The notes: generated by a model not told the origin, from the letters alone. A DNA stretch of 64,000 nt from Desulfuromonas sp. (GCA_002869635.1 PKUF01000121.1:26650-90649), one strand, 5' to 3'. Shown: positions 55,479-63,133, counted from the stretch's first letter. Numbers and translations are program-made.

Positions 55479-55982
55479 ATGAGCGAATCCCCCCGTACCC
55501 CGATCTACATGACCCCGGCCTGTGCTGCTCGCCTGCGTCAGGAACTCAAAGACCTCCTCTACAAGGAGCGCCCCGAGATGGTGCAAACCGCCGCTTGGGC
55601 CGCCGGTAACGGCGACCGCAGCGAGAACGCCGACTACCAGTATGCCAAGCGCCGCCTGCGCCAGATTGATGGTCGTATCCGCTTTCTCACCAAGCGGCTT
55701 GAGAGCGCCGAGATCGTCGATCCGGTGGCACAGGCAAAAATTGCCAACGGCCGCATCCTTTTCGGCGCCACCGTCACTTACGAAAATGAAGAAGGCGACG
55801 AGAAAACCGTAAGCATTATCGGTGTCGACGAATACGACCCCGGCAAAGGCTACGTCAGCTGGACCGCCCCCATCGCCAAGGCGATCCTCGGCAAGCGTGA
55901 GGGGGATGAGATCCGTTTTCAGACCCCAGGCGGCCTCAGCGAACTGGTCATTGTCGCCGTCGAATACCTCCCCCTCGACTGA
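55479..55982 (+). CDS. greB: Transcription elongation factor GreB
   Basis: GDRSENADYQYAKRRLRQIDGRIRFLTKRL closely resembles the E. coli GreB coiled-coil. FKBP-like C-terminal domain. Confidence 0.85.
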   Translation: MSESPRTPIYMTPACAARLRQELKDLLYKERPEMVQTAAWAAGNGDRSENADYQYAKRRLRQIDGRIRFLTKRLESAEIVDPVAQAKIANGRILFGATVTYENEEGDEKTVSIIGVDEYDPGKGYVSWTAPIAKAILGKREGDEIRFQTPGGLSELVIVAVEYLPLD

Positions 55983-56181
55983 GCCTACCCGCTCATGCCG
56001 GACTTAGAATTAAGCAACCTCTTGCTGCAGGATGGATTCAAATTGCACGTACAGCATCAAGGCACCACAGCAAAAACTTCTACGGGGCCAATAGCCAAGA
56101 AGACATTTACAGGCCCTACCGAATGTCACGTATAAGTTTTGGCTCTTTAGTACACCGCAACGACTGCCATCGGCCGACAAT

Positions 56182-56544
56182 TTAGTTGGTGACTTTCTTC
56201 ATCAATCCATCGATTTCATTAAGATCAAAGGGTTTCTTGAGATGACCATTCAGGCCGATGGAATCTAGCTGCTTATCAGAGATCTCTTCAGACGTGAAGG
56301 CATAGATAGGGATCACCGACTTGTCTTCTCCAGCCAGTCCTGCACGTATTTTTTCTGTTGCCTCATATCCCCCCATTGTCGGCATATAGCAGTCCATAAA
56401 GACAAGATCAAAGGACTCTCTCTGAATAGCCTTGATGGCGTCTAGGCCATTTGTGACGGAGACCACGTCATGCTTGAGTCGCTTGAAATGAAATTCCAAG
56501 AGAGCTCGGTTGATATCTTCGTCTTCAACGATAAGGATGCGCAT
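56182..56544 (-). CDS. Orphan CheY-like receiver protein in the low-GC segment
   Basis: MRILIVEDE, LVFMDCYMP, HLKKPF. No clear SD. The longer TTG-initiated ORF (to 56733) is possible. Confidence 0.7.
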   Translation of the reverse strand: MRILIVEDEDINRALLEFHFKRLKHDVVSVTNGLDAIKAIQRESFDLVFMDCYMPTMGGYEATEKIRAGLAGEDKSVIPIYAFTSEEISDKQLDSIGLNGHLKKPFDLNEIDGLMKKVTN

Positions 56545-56683
56545 ACAGTTTTTGAGGGAAAGCAGATGTGTGTGGAAAAGGTCGACGCTGACCATTGTGT
56601 ATACAGCATGTGTGGCGAGAATGGTAGTTTTTTCGGGAGGGCTAACTATTGCGTAACGGCGCTTTGCCCAGAAAAGAGGATTG

Positions 56684-56848
56684 CTATTGGCGAGAGGTTC
56701 TCTCAGGGGACGGAATAATGTTGTTTTCTTCAATGTTTACGACAACTCCGCATTTAGGACATACCCTTGACGTCACCCGATCAAGGTCTCTGGAAAACTG
56801 AATAATCCTGAATTTGCACTGGGGGCATTTAAGGAAGAAGGTATCCAT
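56684..56848 (-). CDS. Small zinc-ribbon protein (54 aa)
   Basis: CPQC ... 19 residues ... CPKC. Weak RBS. AT-rich. Confidence 0.4.
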   Translation of the reverse strand: MDTFFLKCPQCKFRIIQFSRDLDRVTSRVCPKCGVVVNIEENNIIPSPERTSRQ

Positions 56849-56904
56849 AGGCCAACTCTGACAGGTCAATCCATAAATACAAGCCTATGCCCTCACAAAT
56901 GGCG

Positions 56905-57078
56905 TTAGCGCAACTTAACTCCTCTTGGGGGTTTGTTTTTAAAGACTTCCTTCAAACTGGTATCAGCATCCGGTAGCGACTGACTAACAGCCTCTAGAAT
57001 GTTCTTGGCTTTGCCGCGTGCAGCAGGGTCGTCATCGGCGTTAATGGTCACAGTGATCGTCAGCTTATATTCGGTCAT
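56905..57078 (-). CDS. Small hypothetical protein (57 aa; MTEYKLTITVTINADDD...)
   Basis: ORF in the low-GC segment. Weak AGGA upstream. No motif recognised. Confidence 0.3.
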   Translation of the reverse strand: MTEYKLTITVTINADDDPAARGKAKNILEAVSQSLPDADTSLKEVFKNKPPRGVKLR

Positions 57079-57173
57079 TGTTGGTTGTGATCCTGTAGAT
57101 GTGTTCAGTCGGTAGGGAGCTTGAGAATCAAGCGGACTGGTCAGCAACGCTGACAGAGCAGAGTGTCACTCAG

Positions 57174-57338
57174 TGAATGGTATGGCACTAGCCGGGAATG
57201 TGCGGGAATGGGCCGGAATGAATGGGAAGTGTCGATTTTTCATAGGATTGTGTAAGGTAGTTGTGAGGGAAAAAGGCTTCGAACGGTTTGGCTCTAAGGG
57301 AAATATATTCTGGGACGGTTTAGACTGGTTTGGCACTA
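57174..57338 (+). repeat. attL-like array: three direct copies of GGTWTGGCWCTA (putative transposase end-binding sites)
   Basis: GGTATGGCACTA at 57179-57190, GGTTTGGCTCTA at 57285-57296, GGTTTGGCACTA at 57327-57338, plus a partial GGTTTAGAC at 57317-57325. A TG dinucleotide lies at 57174-57175, 4 bp outside copy 1. Confidence 0.5.
57194..57231 (+). repeat. Four helically phased (10-bp period) GGGAATG-like repeats
   Basis: GGGAATG at 57194, GGGAATG at 57204, CGGAATG at 57214, GGGAAGTG at 57224. Confidence 0.7.
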
Positions 57339-57356
57339 ATGACGTTAGAAGGTGTA

Positions 57357-57397
57357 ACGCGGCCACCTGTCAGTTTTGAGCTGGTTGGTGACCGCGT
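57357..57397 (-). terminator. Hairpin downstream of the 144-aa ORF (candidate terminator of the repressor-helicase-ORF144 transcript)
   Basis: 11-bp stem ACGCGGCCACC (57357-57367) / GGTGACCGCGT (57387-57397), with one G-U pair on the minus-strand RNA. The U-tract is poor. Confidence 0.4.
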
Positions 57398-57407
57398 CGT
57401 TTGTTGG

Positions 57408-57842
57408 TTAAGCAACTAGCTTCAAATGGTTTGTTATGCTTTTCTGTATTTCTAAAGGTATTGACTTTACTACCTTGTCTACAAAAGATTTGTCTTTTAC
57501 AGATAAAAGCAGAATTCTCAGTTCATCAATAAGCAGATCAAGGATTTCTTGTCTGCACCATTGTTTTTTGAATTGATTCTTGCCCATTTTCTGGTCAATT
57601 CGCGTAAGGCTCCTGTCTTTAGTGTAAATGTAGCGCATCGTATATTTATAGGTTTTGTTTTCATCGTCAATGTCTGAGTAGACAATGTCTACAAATAACC
57701 TTTCTTGTTTTCTGTATGTTTCTACCTTTTCACATTCACTATTGAATGCGTTTTCAACCAATTCTGACGGCTGTACGCCAAGCTCTAGGTAGTTTGCTGT
57801 AATTGTGTTTATTAATGAGCCTATTCTTTCCTTTTTTGTCAT
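57408..57842 (-). CDS. Hypothetical 144-aa protein translationally coupled to the helicase
   Basis: ATGA overlap with the helicase stop (57839-57842). Low GC. No motif recognised. Confidence 0.7.
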   Translation of the reverse strand: MTKKERIGSLINTITANYLELGVQPSELVENAFNSECEKVETYRKQERLFVDIVYSDIDDENKTYKYTMRYIYTKDRSLTRIDQKMGKNQFKKQWCRQEILDLLIDELRILLLSVKDKSFVDKVVKSIPLEIQKSITNHLKLVA

Positions 57843-59695
57843 TGCAACATCCTCCTTATCTCTTCGATTATAGCAGAGATGTGGTCGATAGAAAGCAATA
57901 AAGATTTATTATCTCTATCTTTGACCGGCCCAAATTTGCTCAACAGCTTGAGGTTTATGTACATTACAAGAGTTCCGTCATTTGGTGTGTCTTCCTTCAG
58001 GTAACGTACCCATCGCGAAAACACTGGGGCAAGGTTGCAGTCCTTTTCACTTATGCCTAAATCAGTAAGGAGATTGGTGACGGCATCTTGTGATTTTTGT
58101 GTAAGTATCTTGCGCATCTGTATTCTCGCAAGATCTGGCCTTTTTTCGAGCAGGGTTGGGTCTATGTCCTGAGAAAGTTTTTTGGTCTCTCGTCGTGTTA
58201 ATTTTTCTCGGATGTCGATCAGGTCGTCCTCATCGAGGTTGGAGTTCTGTCGAATTTCGTTGATTTTTTGATCGACATTTTGCTGTATTTCGGTGCGTTT
58301 TTGAGCGAAGAGTTCGTTGAAGTCTAGATCTTCCAGGTAGGAGTCTGAGTCATGAATAAAGGCTCTGTCTGAACTGACGCCCGCAAGTTCTGTGGTGCGA
58401 TTTTCATAGTCAAGTTCGGTTTGTGTATACTCGCGAGTGGCAGTGTGCTTTGCTCTGTCAATTTCTTTTTGGAAGGTGGCCCACATTGAGTCAAGGCCTG
58501 TTTCGTGGTGGTAGATGACCAAGGCGTTGTTGTCAATTTCGAAGGCAGTCGTTTCTTCCTCGGGGATTGTTCTGAGCACTCTCCCAACAACTTGGGCGAA
58601 GGAGTTTAGGCTTCTGTATGGTCTGAAGATGGCCAAAATTGACAGATATGAATGGTCATATCCTTCCATTAGCATGTTTACTGAAATGACAGCTCGACAC
58701 TGATGGTTGTCTATGCATCTGAAGGCGGCATCTAGTTTATCTTGTTCCATTTCACTGTGAACAATAACTGATTCTATGCCATTTTCTTTGTAAAGTCTAA
58801 ATAAGTCAGTGGCGTGAGCAATAGAGCATCCTACTGCAAGTATTTTGTGAGGTACTTTTCTGGATATATTGTTAAGCTCATTGAGCTTATTTATGCTGTG
58901 TTCTATGACGTCTCTCGAGCACTCTTCTGATAATGCGACGCTTTTTTCAAGCCACTCCTTATCCTTCAATTGCAGAACGGCATCCTTTGTGAGTTTTTCT
59001 CCAGGACGTTCTGGCATGATAAAGAAAAGTTCATGGGCATTCACGGTCTCTTTTCTCAGCCAAGAAACGTAGCGCTCTCTCATCGCTTCTGAAAGAGGTG
59101 TTTCATGGATGTTTTCACCTGGAACTTCTTTGTTGTCGCCTCTGAATGGTGTCCCTGTAACGTGTAATTTTTTTGCGGTGTTAAAAAAAGAAAAAACCTG
59201 TTGCCAGCTTTCTGCTGGTGCGTGGTGCGCCTCGTCAACAATTATTAAATCGAAAAAATCAGGGGGGACTCTGTTGGTTAGACCTTTTTCTCTTGAACCT
59301 ATAAGTTTGTGTATATTGGAGTATATTATGTCGCTTTTATTTAGGTGGTCGTCGGATATTTCATTTCTGTATTCACATAATGTTGGAATGTCTTCAGGGT
59401 TGAAAATTACATCTTTGTCTATCCAGAAATTATCTTTAAGTGCTTCTTGAGTTTTTTGTATGCTTTTTTTTGTAACTAAGCCTGGTGTAATAATTAATAC
59501 GCGACCGTTGGCTACACTGAACGGAGCGATTGAAATCAGGCCGCTTTTCCCGGTTCCTGTTGGCAGAACAACAAGGGCTTCGCCTTGTGGGTTCTCTGAG
59601 AAATATTCTTTAATTCGTAGGTATGCTTCAATTTGAGGGGATCTAAGCTTTTTGTTTCCCTCAATATTTACAGCGGTTTTCATGAAATAAGACAC
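57839..59695 (-). CDS. SF2 DEAH-box helicase (ResIII-like N-lobe) with an unassigned C-terminal region of about 220 aa
   Basis: Motif I LPTGTGKSG, Ia LIITPG, II IIVDEAHHAP, III VTGTPFR, VI FAQVVGRVLR. GTG at 59695 with GGAGGGG 6 nt upstream. Confidence 0.85.
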   Translation of the reverse strand: MSYFMKTAVNIEGNKKLRSPQIEAYLRIKEYFSENPQGEALVVLPTGTGKSGLISIAPFSVANGRVLIITPGLVTKKSIQKTQEALKDNFWIDKDVIFNPEDIPTLCEYRNEISDDHLNKSDIIYSNIHKLIGSREKGLTNRVPPDFFDLIIVDEAHHAPAESWQQVFSFFNTAKKLHVTGTPFRGDNKEVPGENIHETPLSEAMRERYVSWLRKETVNAHELFFIMPERPGEKLTKDAVLQLKDKEWLEKSVALSEECSRDVIEHSINKLNELNNISRKVPHKILAVGCSIAHATDLFRLYKENGIESVIVHSEMEQDKLDAAFRCIDNHQCRAVISVNMLMEGYDHSYLSILAIFRPYRSLNSFAQVVGRVLRTIPEEETTAFEIDNNALVIYHHETGLDSMWATFQKEIDRAKHTATREYTQTELDYENRTTELAGVSSDRAFIHDSDSYLEDLDFNELFAQKRTEIQQNVDQKINEIRQNSNLDEDDLIDIREKLTRRETKKLSQDIDPTLLEKRPDLARIQMRKILTQKSQDAVTNLLTDLGISEKDCNLAPVFSRWVRYLKEDTPNDGTLVMYINLKLLSKFGPVKDRDNKSLLLSIDHISAIIEEIRRMLQ

Positions 59696-59732
59696 GTTGT
59701 ACCCCTCCTTTTTCTGATTCTTTATTCGAAGC

Positions 59733-60413
59733 CTACATCCGCCCGCCGCCCCATACGACGCGGCCGATGATATTGAGTTTTTCGACCTGGTCGGCGGGCA
59801 CGGTCTGCTCGTCGTAGGCCGGGTTGTCGCTCTTGATCTTGATGCTGCCGTCGAACAGGCGCTGCAGGCGCTTAGCGACCAGCGTGCCGTCGATCTTGAT
59901 CACGTAGATCGCGTCGTCCTTTACTTCCTGCCTTGAACGATCCACCAGCAGAATCCCCCCCTCCTTGATCGTCGGCTCCATCGAATCGCCCATAGCGCTG
60001 ATCAGCGCGAGCTCGTCGCGGTTGAGGTGCATGGTGTTTTTTAGCCAGGCCGTCTTGAACGCCAGGTGATCGACGACCTGCTCGCTCTCTACTAAAGCCC
60101 CGCTGCCGCAGCTCGCCTTGACGGCATAGCGCGGGATGAAGGTGTATTCCCCGCGCATCGCCTCGCGATCGCCCGGCGCTATTGTGGTGCCGGTTTCTGC
60201 CTCTCTCGGCTCATTTCCCGTTACCAGCCACTCAAGACCTACACCAGCAACGTCGGCGATCTTCTTTAGCGCCGACATCCCCGGTTCGCTTCGACCGGAA
60301 AGGTACTGCCGGACAGCGGTCTCGGATAATTCGCACTGCAGCGCAAAAGCGCGCACACTTTTCCCCCCTATCGCTTCTTTGAGTCGATCGGTGAAAAGTT
60401 CGGAGTTCATCAT
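59733..60413 (-). CDS. Prophage repressor, CI/LexA-like (XRE HTH + S24 peptidase)
   Basis: HTH (VRAFALQCELSETAVRQYLSG). S24 catalytic GDSMEPT and VAKRL. GGAG lies 6 nt before ATG 60413. Divergent from the ner-like gene. Confidence 0.85.
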   Translation of the reverse strand: MMNSELFTDRLKEAIGGKSVRAFALQCELSETAVRQYLSGRSEPGMSALKKIADVAGVGLEWLVTGNEPREAETGTTIAPGDREAMRGEYTFIPRYAVKASCGSGALVESEQVVDHLAFKTAWLKNTMHLNRDELALISAMGDSMEPTIKEGGILLVDRSRQEVKDDAIYVIKIDGTLVAKRLQRLFDGSIKIKSDNPAYDEQTVPADQVEKLNIIGRVVWGGGRM

Positions 60414-60540
60414 CAAGACTCCGAACAAACACCGAACGTGTCGGGATTTATGTGCATTTTTCGTAAGTCCTTAAAACTGCGAGTTGATAATAATTGTTCG
60501 CACCTCAGCACAAAAAAGAACTACGAACAAAAGAATTGTG

Positions 60541-60569
60541 TTGACGATGCGTCATGTGCGCGTTATTGT
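60541..60569 (+). promoter_or_regulatory. Candidate early (Pe-like) promoter of the ner-A-B operon
   Basis: TTGACG (60541-60546), 17-nt spacer, TATTGT (60564-60569). Flanked by repeats TTGTTCGCACCTCAGCACAAAA (60495-60516) and TTGTCGCACCTGCAACAAAG (60571-60590). Confidence 0.45.
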
Positions 60570-60613
60570 TTTGTCGCACCTGCAACAAAGAAAGAAACAA
60601 AAAAGGAGGCGAC

Positions 60614-60874
60614 ATGAGCGCCCATAAAAAACGGACAGAACTGAATCTTGAGGAAATTCTCGCCAACCCCGATACGCGGCGGGAATGGCTCAAATTTCAG
60701 CTGGCGCTCCATGGTTCTAGCTTCTCAGCGATTGCTAGGGAGACCGGTTTTACGCACCAAGCGATCTGCTCAATTGCAGGGCGTCGTTATGGCAACCGGC
60801 AGGTCGAAGCCCTTATCGCGCGAACAATTGGGATGGCGCCCGCACACATTTGGCCCGAGCGATACACAAAATGA
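60614..60874 (+). CDS. ner: Ner-like DNA-binding protein
   Basis: ..SFSAIARETGFTHQAICSIAGRRYGN..EALIARTIGMAPAHIWPERY parallels Mu Ner (..IWPSRY). AAGGAGG RBS. Confidence 0.75.
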   Translation: MSAHKKRTELNLEEILANPDTRREWLKFQLALHGSSFSAIARETGFTHQAICSIAGRRYGNRQVEALIARTIGMAPAHIWPERYTK

Positions 60875-60909
60875 TGCCAGATAAAGGCTGAATCGGCAAG
60901 GGATTAGGC

Positions 60910-63063
60910 ATGTCTGAGATAAAAACACACTATACTTCGCGCGAGTTGGCCACCTTACCAGGGATGCCGACAACCGAAAGGGGCGTTCAGCTCCTTGCCA
61001 CCCGCCAAAACTGGCCATGGCGCAAGCGCGCCGGGCGTGGCGGCGGCCGCGAATATCCCGTCACCGCTTTGCCCGACCAAACCCGTGAACATCTTGTTGG
61101 AACTCTCCTGCTCACGACCCGTGACGAGATAGCTACCCCCGCCGCAATCAGCAGCGTCAGCGCCGAACCGCCAGCGAGCGTGGCCGAAGTTCAGCCTCTG
61201 GCCGAACTCAAGACCTGGCAGCAGCGACGCATGGACGCCCGCCTGCAGTTCATCCGCCTCATCGAGCGCGGCGCCTGCACCATCGGCGTCAATAAGACCA
61301 TCGACACCCTCGTCGCCAAGGCCAAAGCCGGTCTGCTCCCCGACGATCTGCAGCGCCTCGTCCCCGTCGCCAATGCCCGCTCAGGTGGCGACGGCGGTCG
61401 TACCCTGTCGCGCCGCACGCTCATGCGCTGGTGGAGCGACTATAAAAAGTCCGGCGGTGACTACGCTGCCCTTGCCCCGGCCAAGGCCGAGCGCGAAGCG
61501 GTCCCGCCCTGGGCGGCTCATTTCCTCAAACTCTACCAGGTTCCGCAGAAGCCGAGCCTCGCCATGGTCGTGCGCGACCTTGCTGTCATCCTCCCCGAAG
61601 GAGTTGAGCCCCCCAGCGAAACCCAGGTGCGCAGCTTCGTCAAGAAGTACAGCCGCCTCGATATTCAGAAAGGGCGCAAGAGCGGCAGCGAGCTGCGTGG
61701 CCAGCGCCTCTTCCGCCAGCGTGACAGCTCAGGGCTCGAGCCGGGCGATATCTTTGTCTTCGACGGTCACAGCTTCAAAGCGTACGTGAGTCACCCCGCC
61801 CACGGACGTCCATTTAAGCCCGAGGTCTGCTGCGGCATCGATGTCGCCACCCGCTATGTTCCGGGCTTCTCTGTTGGCCTTGCTGAATCAACCCAGACCG
61901 TCGCCGACGCCATCCGCGCCTGCCTCACCGTTGATGAGAAAAGTCCCGTCGGCTGCATCCCTGCCATCATCTACGCCGACAACGGTGGCGGCAACACCGC
62001 CAAGGTCAACGCAGACGACATCGCTGGGCTCTACGCCCGCCTCGGTATCACCTTTAAGACCGGCATCCCAGGCAATCCCCAAGGGCGCGGTATCGTCGAG
62101 CGACTCAACGCTACCCTCTGGTTACCCGCCGCCAAGCGGCTGCCGACCTACACCGGCAAAGACATGGACAGCCTCACCGCCCGCGGTGTCTACCTCACCC
62201 TGCAGAAAGAGGTGCGCGAGGCGAAAAAGTCAGGGCTGCCCGTCAAGAGCGACCTGCTCATCGCCTGGGCCGACTTCATCGCTCTGCTCGAAGACGAAGT
62301 CAACGCCTACAACCACCGTCCTCACAGCGCCCTGCCGCGTATCGCCGATCCCGGTGACGGCCGTATGCGCCACATGACTCCGGCCGAGTGCTGGGCCAAC
62401 TGGGTCGCCAAAGGGTGGCGACCGATCCTCCCCGAGACGGCCGAGATCGACACCCTCTTCCGCCCCCATGAGCAGGTTAAATGTACCCGCGGGACCGTCC
62501 GCCTCTTCGGCAACATCTACGCCGATCCCGCCCTCAACCACTACCACGGCATGCTCCTCACCGTCGGTTATGACATCCACGACGCCAGCCGCGTCTGGGT
62601 GCGCGATGAAGAAGGTCGACTCATCGTTGTCGCCCGTCGTGACGCCAACAAGAGCGCCTGGATGCCGGTCACTGCCATGGAAAAGGCGCGCGAGCAGCGC
62701 TACCAGAACCGTATGCGTACCCTCGAACGTCAGCGCGAAGAGGTTGAACTCGAACGCGCCGGCGCCCCGCAAGAGGTCGCCTTCGAAGCGATCGAGATCA
62801 CCCCCGAGATCGAGCGCGGCAGCGAGATCGTCGCCCGCCTTGAAGCCAAGAAAAAAGAGCGCCCCATGCCTGAAAACGACTTCGAGACCGCCGAAGCATT
62901 GCAGGACGAAATATCCAGAGGATTAGAGGTCAGTCCCGACGAACAACAGTGGCTTGACGACTACAACCACTTTCTCACCACCGGCAAAAAACGCGGCCTG
63001 CACCGCTCCGGCTGGCAGCCTTACGCCGCCCGCCTCACCGGCAGAACCGCAGCGCAGAAATAA
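60910..63063 (+). CDS. Mu-like DDE transposase (MuA family)
   Basis: N-terminal winged-helix (HYTSRELA..PTTERGVQ). rve-type core with D (VFDGH), D (IYADNGG) and E (GIVERLN). Mu-transposase-like C-terminal region. Confidence 0.85.
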   Translation: MSEIKTHYTSRELATLPGMPTTERGVQLLATRQNWPWRKRAGRGGGREYPVTALPDQTREHLVGTLLLTTRDEIATPAAISSVSAEPPASVAEVQPLAELKTWQQRRMDARLQFIRLIERGACTIGVNKTIDTLVAKAKAGLLPDDLQRLVPVANARSGGDGGRTLSRRTLMRWWSDYKKSGGDYAALAPAKAEREAVPPWAAHFLKLYQVPQKPSLAMVVRDLAVILPEGVEPPSETQVRSFVKKYSRLDIQKGRKSGSELRGQRLFRQRDSSGLEPGDIFVFDGHSFKAYVSHPAHGRPFKPEVCCGIDVATRYVPGFSVGLAESTQTVADAIRACLTVDEKSPVGCIPAIIYADNGGGNTAKVNADDIAGLYARLGITFKTGIPGNPQGRGIVERLNATLWLPAAKRLPTYTGKDMDSLTARGVYLTLQKEVREAKKSGLPVKSDLLIAWADFIALLEDEVNAYNHRPHSALPRIADPGDGRMRHMTPAECWANWVAKGWRPILPETAEIDTLFRPHEQVKCTRGTVRLFGNIYADPALNHYHGMLLTVGYDIHDASRVWVRDEEGRLIVVARRDANKSAWMPVTAMEKAREQRYQNRMRTLERQREEVELERAGAPQEVAFEAIEITPEIERGSEIVARLEAKKKERPMPENDFETAEALQDEISRGLEVSPDEQQWLDDYNHFLTTGKKRGLHRSGWQPYAARLTGRTAAQK

Positions 63064-63066
63064 AAA

Positions 63067-63088
63067 AAGCCCCGCTGCAACGGGGCTT
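63067..63088 (+). other. Hairpin between the transposase and ATPase genes
   Basis: AAGCCCCG ctgcaa CGGGGCTT, with no following T-run. Possible attenuator or RNA-processing signal. Confidence 0.4.
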
Positions 63089-63133
63089 AAACGGCCGTTA
63101 AAGGCCTCTTTCCAAGCACAAGGAGGATAACAA

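Noticed and set aside
56545-56733. 63-residue N-terminal extension of the orphan receiver ORF (TTG start)
   Set aside because: The extension has no REC or other motif and overlaps the zinc-ribbon ORF, and the REC fold begins at MRILIVEDE. The weak SD at either start leaves this unresolved, so only the core was annotated.
57179-57338. TGGCAC cores of the triple repeat as sigma-54 -24 elements
   Set aside because: None is followed by a TTGC-like -12 element at the correct distance. They also lie on the strand opposite to all neighbouring genes. The repeat is better explained as a protein-binding end site.
57166-57379. 66-aa minus-strand and 68-aa plus-strand ORFs spanning the repeat region
   Set aside because: They overlap each other on opposite strands, have no RBS, and their sequences are dictated by the GGGAATG and GGTTTGGC repeats. 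Treated as non-coding.
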